DNA from: Candidatus Calditenuis fumarioli
GTDB lineage: Archaea > Thermoproteota > Nitrososphaeria_A > Caldarchaeales > Calditenuaceae
Assembly (NCBI GenBank): GCA_030059665.1
Contig: JANVYR010000002.1
Coordinates: forward strand, 96,001 to 160,000
Direction of reading: 5' to 3'
Length of the DNA: 64,000 nt
The translations under genes were made by a program, and so were the position numbers. The notes beneath the pieces were generated by a model. It saw only the letters and a list, made by a program, of their open reading frames with translations, was not told the origin of the DNA and searched no databases. This document shows, piece after piece, positions 50,413 to 59,899 of the stretch. How positions within the stretch are numbered: the stretch's first letter is position 1; each line of letters opens with the position of its first letter.

Positions 50413-51135
50413 TTGGGCCTGAACTACTTTGTTCTGGACTCGGAGAGGGTTCGGGACGACCTGAGCCTTTCCTCGCTGGACGAATTGGCGAAGAGGGCTG
50501 ACGAGTCCTCGGGACCGCGCGTCGTCATCACCGTCCCCGTCAGGAGGAGCGACTTCCCCGAGAGGCTGGAGGGCACGATGCGCATCCTCTCCCGGAGGGA
50601 CCGGGCATCGATCTGCCTCGTCGCCGGCAACCCGGCCTACCTGACCGAGGAGGAGCGGAGCAGGTCTGCACCGAGGCTGCTCTCCCTCGCGGCCGGGAGG
50701 GTCCTCCGCGAGCTCGGCAAACGGATCGACGTCTTCGTCGGCACCGAGAGGGTGGAGGGAACAGTGGAGAGGCTGTGCAAAGAGCTGGACGTTGTGCCGT
50801 TCCTCCTCCTCGACCTCCACCCGCCGGAGCTCCTGGAACGGTTCAGGCCCAACGGCAACCGTCTGGCGGTCTACGTCCCCTTCGCGCTCGGCCCCCTGTC
50901 TGAGGCGCTCCCCGCCCTCCTCCCCTACGTCAAGCGGCGCATGATGGTCAGGCATCTAACCGGCGACCCCTCGGACCACGTGGAGCGGTTCTGCGTCGTC
51001 GGTGACCCGGAACGCGTCGCCTCGAGGCTCAGGTCGCTGACCGAGCGTTACGACGTCATCGTGGGCTATCCGGCCCTGCTCGACCCAGCTCAGCTCAGGT
51101 TCTGGGCGCTCGTCAATCACGCCACGGGATTCTGA
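50413..51135 (+). CDS. Hypothetical protein, possibly a divergent luciferase-like (LLM) TIM barrel
   Basis: AELGLNYFVLDS and CVVGDPERVASRL resemble LLM N- and C-terminal motifs; frame open upstream to CTG 50323. Confidence 0.5.
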   Translation: MGLNYFVLDSERVRDDLSLSSLDELAKRADESSGPRVVITVPVRRSDFPERLEGTMRILSRRDRASICLVAGNPAYLTEEERSRSAPRLLSLAAGRVLRELGKRIDVFVGTERVEGTVERLCKELDVVPFLLLDLHPPELLERFRPNGNRLAVYVPFALGPLSEALPALLPYVKRRMMVRHLTGDPSDHVERFCVVGDPERVASRLRSLTERYDVIVGYPALLDPAQLRFWALVNHATGF

Positions 51136-52454
51136 ACCCACTTCTTGATGGTTTCGAGGTTCGATCCGTCGTACTCGAGGGCTATCTCACAGTCCTCCAG
51201 CCTCCTGACGAGGGTCCACTCGGCCAGAAGACCTGCGTGTGCGAAGAAGTTCCTCCTCATGTTCGCGCTCCCCTTCAGCTGCAGGACCTCGCTCAGGGGC
51301 TTCCTCTCACCCGGCCTCAGGCACGCAGCCCGTTCCCTGATCTGCTCGATCTCGTGCTCGAGGACGTAGCCGTTCAGGTGAAGGTCCTGCTCCTCGTAGA
51401 ACCTCTTCACGGTCCCCAGCAGAGCCCCAATCCTCCCACCGGTCGCCCTGACGGACCTCACCACCCTGCTGAGGTACGCGGACAACCCCGCGATTATGAC
51501 CCACGCGGAGACCTCGCTCCTGAGCACCCTGATCCTGCTAACCCTCAGGACGTCTCCGTCTTTCGAGATCCGCTTCTTCCGCTCGATCCTCTCCAGCGCC
51601 TCCCGCAACGATCGCAGCACCTTCTCTCCGTCGGGCGGGTCGAGGTACGTCAGCAGCAGCGGCACGTTGAACCTCACCGCGTTGAAGGCCAGCTGGGCCC
51701 TGCTCCTCTCGCCCTGCATCGGGCCCATCAGCTCGCTCAGCTCCCGCCTGAGGTCGATGGACTCATCCGGTCTGTCGGCGATGAGCTCCTTTCTGGGTTG
51801 GGGGAAGCTGAAGAAAGCCCTGTGCGACGTCCGCTCCACCTCCACCGGCGTCGTCCTCCCGACGGTCGGCTTCGGGTGGTAAACGGTGTACAGGTCGAGG
51901 CGACCAGATCCCTCCGCGGACTGCCTGATGAACTCCCTGTAGGCGTAGTAGGTTGCCAGCGCCATCTGGAGGGCCAAAAGGTACGCGTTGTGCCCGGTGG
52001 ACGTGCAGAAGTAGAGCTCTTCGTCCCGGTCGAAGGCCTCCGTCATCCCGATCAGCGCGTAGGAGGAGACGTTGTCGATGTAGTTCACGAACTCGACCGT
52101 CGTTTTGCTGTCACGCCTCAGCGGGTAGTTACCCACCCCCTGGAGCACCCTCACCTCGAAGTCCGTTCTCACCAGGTCTAGGTCCCGCAGCCTTCGCTCC
52201 GCCTCCCTCGCAAGCTTCTCCTTGTCCCTCAGAAGCTCCTCGGCCTCTTCCAGCGTCCCTGCCAGATCGGTGACCAGGCTCTCCGGCAAAAGCAGCGTCA
52301 CCGAGCAGTCCTTGCCGTTCTCCCTCAGGTGCTCCACGAGGGCTGAAGCGACGAGCTTGTAGGGGCCGTACCTCCTCCCCTCTATCGAGAAGTGAAGCTC
52401 CCAGTAGCTTTCGTACCCGATGCTCCCGAGTATCTGAACTATCCTCGAGCCCAT
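51117..52454 (-). CDS. csx1: Csx1-type CARF-HEPN ribonuclease
   Basis: CARF-like N-terminus with STGHN (DxTHG-like) and C-terminal HEPN RNFFAHAG; ATG 52454. Confidence 0.8.
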   Translation of the reverse strand: MGSRIVQILGSIGYESYWELHFSIEGRRYGPYKLVASALVEHLRENGKDCSVTLLLPESLVTDLAGTLEEAEELLRDKEKLAREAERRLRDLDLVRTDFEVRVLQGVGNYPLRRDSKTTVEFVNYIDNVSSYALIGMTEAFDRDEELYFCTSTGHNAYLLALQMALATYYAYREFIRQSAEGSGRLDLYTVYHPKPTVGRTTPVEVERTSHRAFFSFPQPRKELIADRPDESIDLRRELSELMGPMQGERSRAQLAFNAVRFNVPLLLTYLDPPDGEKVLRSLREALERIERKKRISKDGDVLRVSRIRVLRSEVSAWVIIAGLSAYLSRVVRSVRATGGRIGALLGTVKRFYEEQDLHLNGYVLEHEIEQIRERAACLRPGERKPLSEVLQLKGSANMRRNFFAHAGLLAEWTLVRRLEDCEIALEYDGSNLETIKKWVQNPVA

Positions 52455-52496
52455 CCCGCTTCGCGTAAATTTCTCCAATAGATAATCTGCGGAGGG

Positions 52497-53381
52497 TTGG
52501 GAGCGCCGCTCGCGCGGTTCAGGTTCGTCCCCCGGGAGGTCCCGTTGCTGACCTCTGACGTGGCGGTTGACCTGCTCGAGGCCCTGTCGTCGGGCAGGAG
52601 CCACGCGCGGACGAGCCTCGACCTCTGGATCGGCGAGGTGACGGTGAAGCTCGAGGGTGAGACCGCCCTGATCGGAGGGGTTGTCGTAACGAGGAGCGAG
52701 CTCGAGGAGGTGGCCAAGGACGACAGGACCGTCTTCGCCGTGACCGACTCCGGCCTCCTTCCCGTCGAGGTCAGGTCCGATCGCTACTACAAGCTGGTCA
52801 ACACGGGAAGGGGTCACGCTCCGACCCTCGAGATCGACGGGATCCACATGCACCGCGTCGCTGAGGTAAAGCCCGAGCGGGACGCTGCGATGAAGGTGGC
52901 GCTTCTGGGGAGGCTGCGGGGCAAGCGTGTGCTGGACACCTGCACCGGGCTCGGTTACACCGCCATCGAGGCCCTCAAGAGGGGGGCCTCAGAGGTGGTC
53001 ACGGTCGAGGTCGACCCGAACGTCCTCTCCCTCGCGGAGCTCAACCCATGGTCCAGAGGCCTCTCCGACGATAGGATCAAGGTCCTTCAGGGCGACGTCT
53101 CGGAGCTCATCAGGTCCTTTGAGGACGGTTCGTTCGATGCCGTCGTCCACGACCCTCCGAGGTTCTCCCTCGCTGGCGAGCTCTACGGCCTCGAGTTCTA
53201 CCGGGAGCTCTCCCGGGTCCTCAGGAGGGGAGGGGTCGTCGTCCACTACGTCGGGAAGCCCGGTCACCTCTCCGGCAAGCGGATCCACGTCGGCGTCATG
53301 AGGCGCATGAGGGAGGCGGGGTTCTCGGTCCGGTGGGTCGAGCGCGTCGAGGCCGTCGTGGGCTTGAAGGTCGCCGGCTGA
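52497..53381 (+). CDS. Archaeal SAM-dependent methyltransferase (COG2521-like)
   Basis: PTLEIDGIHMH, VLDTCTGLGYTA, VHDPPRFSLAGELY. Confidence 0.88.
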   Translation: MGAPLARFRFVPREVPLLTSDVAVDLLEALSSGRSHARTSLDLWIGEVTVKLEGETALIGGVVVTRSELEEVAKDDRTVFAVTDSGLLPVEVRSDRYYKLVNTGRGHAPTLEIDGIHMHRVAEVKPERDAAMKVALLGRLRGKRVLDTCTGLGYTAIEALKRGASEVVTVEVDPNVLSLAELNPWSRGLSDDRIKVLQGDVSELIRSFEDGSFDAVVHDPPRFSLAGELYGLEFYRELSRVLRRGGVVVHYVGKPGHLSGKRIHVGVMRRMREAGFSVRWVERVEAVVGLKVAG

Positions 53382-53470
53382 GCGGGGCATGATGGATCGC
53401 AACCGCGTTGGCTGTTCAGGCGAGGTAGCGACGGGTTAGATTAATCGGCGTGTCGTGACTGGGGACCGGT

Positions 53471-53871
53471 GTGGCGTCCGGGTACGAGGCCGGCAGACAT
53501 TTCCTGAGGAGGCGGGCCCTCGCCTTCCTAGAGGACGCTAAGTCCGACTTCGCAAGGGGCGAGTACGACCTGGTCCTCTTCCACGTGGAGCAGTTCATGC
53601 AGCTCTACCTCAAACACCTCCTCTACCTCAAGCTCGGCGACTTCCCCAAGACCCATTCTCCATCGGATCTCTTCAGGCTCCTGGCCAGCGCCTACGAACG
53701 GGAGTCGGTTATGGATTTTTACTGCCGGAACTTGGAGTGATCGCGTTGCTGGAGGACGCCTACATCAGCTCGAGGTACCTCCCCAGGAGCTTCAGCAGGG
53801 AGGTGGCCGAGCGGGCCCTGACCTTCGCGGAGAGGTTGCTGGAGGTGTTCTCATGGCTGGAGGGGAGCTGA
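53471..53871 (+). pseudogene. HEPN gene split by an apparent 1-nt deletion
   Basis: ORF stops at TTG GAG TGA (53740); the shifted frame continues VIALLEDAYISSRYLPRSF...WLEGS* to 53871, overlapping the MNT start. Confidence 0.8.
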
Positions 53872-54206
53872 TCGACCTGCTGCTGAAGCTGAGGGAGGAG
53901 AAGAGGCGCTACTACTCAGACCCGTTGCGCTACGCCAGAAAGATCAGGGACGTGGTCAGGTCGCTCGACCCCCATGCGCTCGTGTTCCTCTTCGGCAGCT
54001 TCGTGAGGGGCACCATGAGGCCCGACAGCGACATCGACGTCCTCGTCGTCACCAGCATGGCGGCCGACGTCTGGAAGAGGGTCAGGGTCATGGTCGAGGT
54101 GAAGAGGGCGATAGGTGACCTGGCACCGTTCCAGATCCACGTCGTCACCCCCGAGGAACTCGAGGGATGGTACAGACGCTTCATCGACGCGATGGTGGAG
54201 GTGTAG
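53853..54206 (+). CDS. Minimal nucleotidyltransferase (MNT)
   Basis: LFGSFVRGTMRPDSDIDVLVV, FQIHVVTPEE. Confidence 0.9.
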   Translation: MAGGELIDLLLKLREEKRRYYSDPLRYARKIRDVVRSLDPHALVFLFGSFVRGTMRPDSDIDVLVVTSMAADVWKRVRVMVEVKRAIGDLAPFQIHVVTPEELEGWYRRFIDAMVEV

Positions 54207-54517
54207 ATCGAAAACGCAGGTCTCATTGGCGCTTAACCTCGCGATTCCCCTTCCTCGTCCGGCTACGCCTCGATGTCGTCCTACAGTCCTTCGGTTTTGA
54301 CGGGCTGAGCGATGCGATTTCTCCTCCCGACGACGGGTATCAGCCCCTCGTCCCGTGCGCCGCTACACCCAAGAACTCTCCCGATGCCGACCTTTCGGAT
54401 CCGCAGGAGACCAAGGTTCGGCCCTTGCCCTTCACAGCTGAAACCCTCGGTCACGGCACCCGGGTTGCAACAGGGATCGATGGACGTTTTAAGAGTCGGG
54501 AAGACGATGTGAAAGCG

Positions 54518-55945
54518 ATGTCCTCTTCCCAGGGTTCGAGACCTCTCAGGATCGAGCGCGACACGCTGGGCGAGATGTACGTTCCCGCGGACGCTTACTA
54601 CGGTGCCCAGACCGCGAGGGCCGTCGACAACTTCCCCATCTCGGGCCTCAGGTTCCCTCGCCAGTTCATCAGGGCCTTCGGGCTGATCAAGTACGCCGCG
54701 GCCAGGGCGAACGTCCGGCTCGGCCTCCTCGACGAGAGGAGGGGCAACGCGATCATGCAGGCCGCCATGGAGGTGGCTGAGGGCAAGCTCGACGACCAGT
54801 TCGTGGTGGACGTCTACCAGACCGGCAGCGGTACCTCAACGAACATGAACGTCAACGAGGTGATCGCCGCAAGGGCCAACGAGATCCTGACAGGTGTTAG
54901 GTCTGCGAAGGGAGAGGTTCACCCAAACGACCACGTCAACATGGGCCAGTCTACAAACGACGTCTTCCCCACCGCGATCCAGGTGGCTGGGGCCCTCTCG
55001 ATTAAGGAGGAGCTGCTGCCCTCGCTGAGGACGCTCCTCGAGGAGCTGGAGCGGAAGGCCTCCGAGTTCGAGGACGTCGTCAAGTCCGGCAGGACCCACC
55101 TCCAGGACGCCCTTCCTGTGACGCTCGGCCAGGAGTTCGGTTCCTACGCCTCCCTCGTCAGGAGGTCCATCGCCTCCGTCGAGGTCGGCCTCAAAGCGCT
55201 CCTGGAGCTCCCGATCGGCGGTACCGCGGTCGGCACCGGTCTGAACAGGCACCCGGACTTCGCGAGGTTGGTCTGCGAGGAGCTCTCACGCCTGACCGGC
55301 CTGGAGTTCAGGGAGGCTCCGGACAGGTTCGAGCTGATGGGCGCTATGTCGGCCGTGGTCCAGGCCTCCGGATCGCTCAGGATGGTCGCTCATGCCCTCC
55401 TCAAGATAGTGAAGGACCTGAGGTTGATGGGTTCGGGGCCCAACACCGGCTTCGCCGAGATCGAGATACCCGCCGTCCAGCCGGGCTCCTCCATCATGCC
55501 CGGTAAGGTCAACCCGGTCATCCCGGAGGCGGTCGGTCTAATCGCCGTCAAGGTGATCGCCAACGACGTCTCGGTTCTCCTCGCGGCCCAGCTCGGAGAG
55601 CTCGAGCTCAACATGGGCATGCCCCTGATCGCTTACGACTTCCTCCACTCGATCCAGATCCTCGCCAGCGGCTCGAGGGTCCTCGCGAAGAAGTGCATTG
55701 CCGGGATCGTCGCCAACGTGGAGAGGTGCAGGGAGCTCGCGGAGTCCTCGCCGGCGCTCGTCACCGTGGTCGCTCCCATCGTAGGCTACGACAAGGCCGC
55801 GGTCATCGCGAAGAGGGTCCTTGAGCAGCGGAGGTCGATCAAGGAGGTGATGGTCGAGGAGCTCGGCCTCCCGAGGGAGGAGGTGGACAGGTTGCTGGAC
55901 TTGAAGAAGCTCACGCGGCCCGGGATACCTGCGAAGGCGGTATGA
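54518..55945 (+). CDS. fumC: Class II fumarate hydratase (fumarase/aspartase family)
   Basis: YYGAQTARA, QTGSGTSTNMN, QSTND, GRTHLQDA, GSSIMPGKVNP; ATG 54518. Confidence 0.9.
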   Translation: MSSSQGSRPLRIERDTLGEMYVPADAYYGAQTARAVDNFPISGLRFPRQFIRAFGLIKYAAARANVRLGLLDERRGNAIMQAAMEVAEGKLDDQFVVDVYQTGSGTSTNMNVNEVIAARANEILTGVRSAKGEVHPNDHVNMGQSTNDVFPTAIQVAGALSIKEELLPSLRTLLEELERKASEFEDVVKSGRTHLQDALPVTLGQEFGSYASLVRRSIASVEVGLKALLELPIGGTAVGTGLNRHPDFARLVCEELSRLTGLEFREAPDRFELMGAMSAVVQASGSLRMVAHALLKIVKDLRLMGSGPNTGFAEIEIPAVQPGSSIMPGKVNPVIPEAVGLIAVKVIANDVSVLLAAQLGELELNMGMPLIAYDFLHSIQILASGSRVLAKKCIAGIVANVERCRELAESSPALVTVVAPIVGYDKAAVIAKRVLEQRRSIKEVMVEELGLPREEVDRLLDLKKLTRPGIPAKAV

Positions 55946-56021
55946 CGCAAGTTAAGCGTTGTGACGTTGTAGTATCGTAGTATTATCATAAAGGATAAGT
56001 GTGCGTGTGTGTATGTAGTGT

Positions 56022-56480
56022 GTGCCAATGAGCATCGTCTTGCCGAAGCACTTATTGTCGAATTTCGAGGAGCACATTCGGTCCGCTCAATGGATTCTGG
56101 AGAACATCCCCGAGGAGAGGTTGCGCGAGGAGAGCGTTAAGAGGGCCATAGCTGCCGCGCGGAGGCTGACGCTCGTATCCCCTGACGAGGTCCAACAGCG
56201 GGTCGTGGAGGAGGCCGAGAAGCTGAGGGAGCTGATGCCCCAGATAACCCAGCTCGTTGACCTCGTATCGCGGGTCATGACGCTGTCCATGCTGTTGATC
56301 CTCCTCGCTGCGCTGAAGGAGCTGAGGGACGGCGAGCACGGCGGTGACGTCGCGGAGTCGATATCACTTGACATGATGCAGGAGGTCGAGTGGGCTCAGA
56401 AAAACGAGGTGAGCCTCGATCAGCTGAGGAGCGCCCTCGATGAGAAGATTGAGGAGATAACGCGCGTCTTCGGAGGATAG
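56022..56480 (+). CDS. Hypothetical all-helical protein
   Basis: 152-aa ORF after an AT-rich promoter-like region; atypical codon usage. Confidence 0.6.
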   Translation: MPMSIVLPKHLLSNFEEHIRSAQWILENIPEERLREESVKRAIAAARRLTLVSPDEVQQRVVEEAEKLRELMPQITQLVDLVSRVMTLSMLLILLAALKELRDGEHGGDVAESISLDMMQEVEWAQKNEVSLDQLRSALDEKIEEITRVFGG

Positions 56481-56487
56481 TCCGTTC

Positions 56488-57021
56488 TCACTCACGACAG
56501 TCTTCGAGCAGCTCGCTGACCTTCTCGTCAACCGCCTTCTGCCTACTGATCCGGTGCAAAAGCGCAGCAGGGATGGCTGAGATTTTGAATCGGTCCACGA
56601 GGTGCCGCGGATCCCGAGCGAAATCCGGGACCTCCTCTTCGAGCACCGCGTCCAATGATATAGGAACAGTTCCCCTGCTAATTTTTCTCTCGAAGTCCCG
56701 CGCGTTGGTCCTCGTTTTGATCAAGGGAGCGTGATGGCGCCCCTCGAAGAACGCGGTAACCGGTTCAGCGAGGTCCGGCGCTTCGTAGACCTTCCAAATG
56801 AAGTGTCTGCGGACGCAAACGAACCTCAGGTCTGAGTCACAGAAAATCAGAATGATGGGTTCCCAGTCAGGCCATGGGTAAAACCCATCCCTCTCCCATA
56901 CGAACCAGTAAATGGAGTACGAGTTTCCCGACTCGACCTTTATACCACTGAAACTGCTGGCCTCGGCCGTCTCCATATAAGCCCTGATCCTCAAGTCAGT
57001 TAGCATTGAATTATTGGACAT
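56488..57021 (-). CDS. Hypothetical protein with YWF..DWEP..H..GxHHA pattern
   Basis: 177-aa ORF in a lower-GC tract, rich in aromatic residues. Confidence 0.55.
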   Translation of the reverse strand: MSNNSMLTDLRIRAYMETAEASSFSGIKVESGNSYSIYWFVWERDGFYPWPDWEPIILIFCDSDLRFVCVRRHFIWKVYEAPDLAEPVTAFFEGRHHAPLIKTRTNARDFERKISRGTVPISLDAVLEEEVPDFARDPRHLVDRFKISAIPAALLHRISRQKAVDEKVSELLEDCRE

Positions 57022-57275
57022 CCATGGCCGGTCGTTACATCTTTTATTTAGACAATACTTTTCAAAAGGGCAGGCATCACATGACCTTATTCACCTGTAG
57101 CATAAACGCCGAAAAAGTCTTCGAGGACTTCCTCCATGTCCTCAACCTCACAGGGTGCAGGATTCCAGCCAAGGTCCTCGGCAAGTAGCGCAAGCTCAGC
57201 TCTGATCGGAATCTCGGTTCGCTGGACGCGTCATCGCTTTCCCCTTGTGAAAGTCAAGACGTTTCCGGCTTCGGC

Positions 57276-58022
57276 TCAGAGCTCCTCCACGACCATCGGT
57301 GTCAGGTCACCGCTCCACTTCAGCACCCACACCTTCCTCTCCTTAGCCAGCTCTATCGCCTCCGGTGTTGCGTAGTCCGCGTAGATCACCTTGATCAGCC
57401 TCCTCCTCAGCATATCCGGCCTCTTGGCCTTCAACAGCTCCACCTTCTTGATCAGCTCCTCTACCAGGTTTGTTCCCAGCCTGACGGTCGCCTCGCCTAT
57501 TACGCAGAGGTCTCCGTCAGTACCGTACAGGTCGATCTCCGTCGCGTCGACGAACGCCCTCCCCAACCGGATGTCAACCCCGAGCCTCTCCCTGACGTTG
57601 TGTCTGATGAAGCTCGCGGCCTCCTCCTCGACGCTTATCGTGAGCCTCTCGAGGGTGACCGACATCCTGTTGATCGTCTTCCGCATGTCCCTGACCTCTT
57701 CCCAGAGCCTGTTCTGCCCTTCCCTTAGGGCCTTCACTTCCTCCCAAAGTTTGTTTTGGTTCTCCTCGAGGCGCTTCACGCTCTCCCACAACCTGTTAGT
57801 GTTCTCCCACAGTCTGTTCTGGTTCTCCTCCAGCCTGTCGAGCCTCTTCAGCATCTCGACTATGTGGGACTCGTGTCTGTCGAGCCTCTTCAGTACCTCC
57901 AGTATCCCTATCCTGCCGGCGACCGCGTACCTGAACTCCTCGTCCTCCTCGAGGAGCCGCAGGAACTCCCTCTTCAGGTCGGCCGTCAATTCCTCCCCAT
58001 TGGCGATCCCCGTCGGCTGCAA
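57276..58022 (-). CDS. Coiled-coil heptad-repeat protein with a C-terminal PD-(D/E)xK-like domain (paREP/DUF3782-like)
   Basis: LKREFLRLLEEDEEFRYAVAG, repeated NQNRLWE units, EIDLYG...IGEATVR. Confidence 0.8.
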   Translation of the reverse strand: MQPTGIANGEELTADLKREFLRLLEEDEEFRYAVAGRIGILEVLKRLDRHESHIVEMLKRLDRLEENQNRLWENTNRLWESVKRLEENQNKLWEEVKALREGQNRLWEEVRDMRKTINRMSVTLERLTISVEEEAASFIRHNVRERLGVDIRLGRAFVDATEIDLYGTDGDLCVIGEATVRLGTNLVEELIKKVELLKAKRPDMLRRRLIKVIYADYATPEAIELAKERKVWVLKWSGDLTPMVVEEL

Positions 58023-58066
58023 TAAAGGTGCCTCGGTGTGATGCGATGCCGGTGTTCGGACTCGAT

Positions 58067-58336
58067 TCAGGGCTTGATCCGGAGCAGGCTTCCCTGCCCC
58101 AGCCCGGGGACCTCCTGACCGGACTTGAGCGCCTCGAACTCGACCACCAGCACGTCCTCAAGGGCCTCCGTCACGGATCCTTTCCAGGGCCTTCCGTTGT
58201 AGTCGACGTAGACCGCCTCCTTACCCACCAATTTCGCGAGCTCCTCTCCGGTGATTCCCGAGGTCGGCTGGACCAACACCCTCTCCTGCTCGTCGAACCC
58301 GACCACTATGGCATCCAGCTCCTCCGCTTCCGACAT
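58067..58336 (-). CDS. Small hypothetical beta-barrel protein
   Basis: MSEAEELDAIVVG... from ATG 58336; host-like codon usage. Confidence 0.6.
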   Translation of the reverse strand: MSEAEELDAIVVGFDEQERVLVQPTSGITGEELAKLVGKEAVYVDYNGRPWKGSVTEALEDVLVVEFEALKSGQEVPGLGQGSLLRIKP

Positions 58337-58390
58337 CGGCCCACCAGTCCTCACAGACCTTAAAAATGTAAGACCGTTCTCGGCCAGCAG

Positions 58391-58756
58391 ATGGTCGAGT
58401 CGAGGGCTCTGAGGAGGACGAAGAGGAAGGTCACCGTCGAGAACCTCTGGCTCTACGTCGTGTCGATCCTCCTCGAGCGGCCGAGGTACGGGTACGAGCT
58501 GGTCGAGGAGATACACCGGCGCTTCGGCTTCAGGCCCAGCAGGATCACCTGCTACGTCGTCCTCTACCGCCTCGAGAGGGAGGGGCTCATCAGGTCCTCC
58601 GGTGCGACGCGCTCCGGCAGCGGCGGGGCCAGGGTCTACTACGAGGTCACGGATCTGGGGAGGAGGGAGTTCAAGGCCGCCCTCGATTACATCGAGAGGC
58701 TCCTCAGCGCCATGCGGTCATCGTTGAGGGGCAGCGAAGCGGGTCAAGGAGGTTAA
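58391..58756 (+). CDS. PadR-family transcriptional regulator
   Basis: [31 protein letters not shown]. Confidence 0.9.
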   Translation: MVESRALRRTKRKVTVENLWLYVVSILLERPRYGYELVEEIHRRFGFRPSRITCYVVLYRLEREGLIRSSGATRSGSGGARVYYEVTDLGRREFKAALDYIERLLSAMRSSLRGSEAGQGG

Positions 58757-58787
58757 TCATTATATAGTATTTTATGGGCGTAAAACC

Positions 58788-59867
58788 GTGCCGAAGGTCA
58801 GGGTCGCGATAATCGGTGTGGGGAACTGCGCATCCGCGCTCGTTCAGGGCGTCCATTACTACGCGGGCGCCGACGACCACGAGGAGGTACCGGGGCTGAT
58901 GCACGTCAGGCTCGGAGGCTACCACGTCGGTGACATAGAGTTCGTGGCGGCCTTCGACGTCGACAGGAGGAAGGTCGGGAAGGACCTCTCCGAGGCGATC
59001 TTCTCACCGCCGAACAACACGCTCCGCTTCGCGGAGGTCCCGAGGCTGGGCGTCGAGGTGATGCGTGGGCCTACGCTGGACGGCCTCGGCAGGTACCTGA
59101 AAGGGGAGGTGGAGGAGCACGAGGGGCCAGCGGTGGACGTGAGGGACGTCCTGAAGAGCGCCGGTGCCGACGTCACGATCAACTTCCTCCCCGTAGGTAG
59201 CGAGCGGGCCACGCGGTTCTACGCCTCCGAGTCCCTCTCCGCAGGGGTCGGGCTGGTCAACGCCATCCCGGTCTTCATCGCGAGCGACCCGGAGTGGCAG
59301 AGGGCCTTCGAGGATCGGAACGTGCCCCTCGTCGGCGACGACATCAAGAGCCAGGTGGGAGCGACGATACTCCACAGGACGCTCGTCCAGCTCTTCGAGG
59401 ACAGGGGAGGCGTCATCGACAGGACATACCAGCTCAACTTCGGCGGGAACACCGACTTCCTGAACATGCTCGAGCGGGAGCGGCTCTCCTCCAAGAAGAG
59501 GTCCAAGACCCAGGCCGTCACCTCCCTCTTCGGCTCCCCGATCGCGGCCGAGAACGTCCACATAGGCCCGAGCGATTACGTCCCCTGGCTCCAGGACCGC
59601 AAGGTCGCCTACATCCGTCTCGAGGGGAGGGTCTTCGGTGACGCTCCGGTAACCGTTGAGGTGAGGCTGGAGGTCTGGGACTCGCCCAACGCGGCCGGCG
59701 TCGCGGTCGACGCTATCAGGTGCGTCAAGCTCGCGAAGGACAGGGGGGTTGGCGGCGTCCTTTACTCGCCATCGGCCTACCTGATGAAGTCACCGCCAGT
59801 CCAGTATCCTGACCACGTCGCACGGCAGATGATCGAGGAGTTCATCGAGGGCAAGAGGCTGCGCTGA
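58788..59867 (+). CDS. ino1: myo-inositol-1-phosphate synthase
   Basis: [42 protein letters not shown]. Confidence 0.95.
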   Translation: MPKVRVAIIGVGNCASALVQGVHYYAGADDHEEVPGLMHVRLGGYHVGDIEFVAAFDVDRRKVGKDLSEAIFSPPNNTLRFAEVPRLGVEVMRGPTLDGLGRYLKGEVEEHEGPAVDVRDVLKSAGADVTINFLPVGSERATRFYASESLSAGVGLVNAIPVFIASDPEWQRAFEDRNVPLVGDDIKSQVGATILHRTLVQLFEDRGGVIDRTYQLNFGGNTDFLNMLERERLSSKKRSKTQAVTSLFGSPIAAENVHIGPSDYVPWLQDRKVAYIRLEGRVFGDAPVTVEVRLEVWDSPNAAGVAVDAIRCVKLAKDRGVGGVLYSPSAYLMKSPPVQYPDHVARQMIEEFIEGKRLR

Positions 59868-59885
59868 AAGACCCCGTGGTCTTTT
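59867..59885 (+). terminator. Hairpin plus T-tract at the ino1 stop
   Basis: AAAGACC-CCGT-GGTCTTT 7-bp stem, T-rich 3' end. Confidence 0.45.
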
Positions 59886-59899
59886 GGGGCGGGGTCATC

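Noticed and set aside
53738-53740. Selenocysteine/readthrough at the HEPN TGA
   Set aside because: HEPN similarity continues in a different frame, so this is a frameshift rather than a recoded stop.
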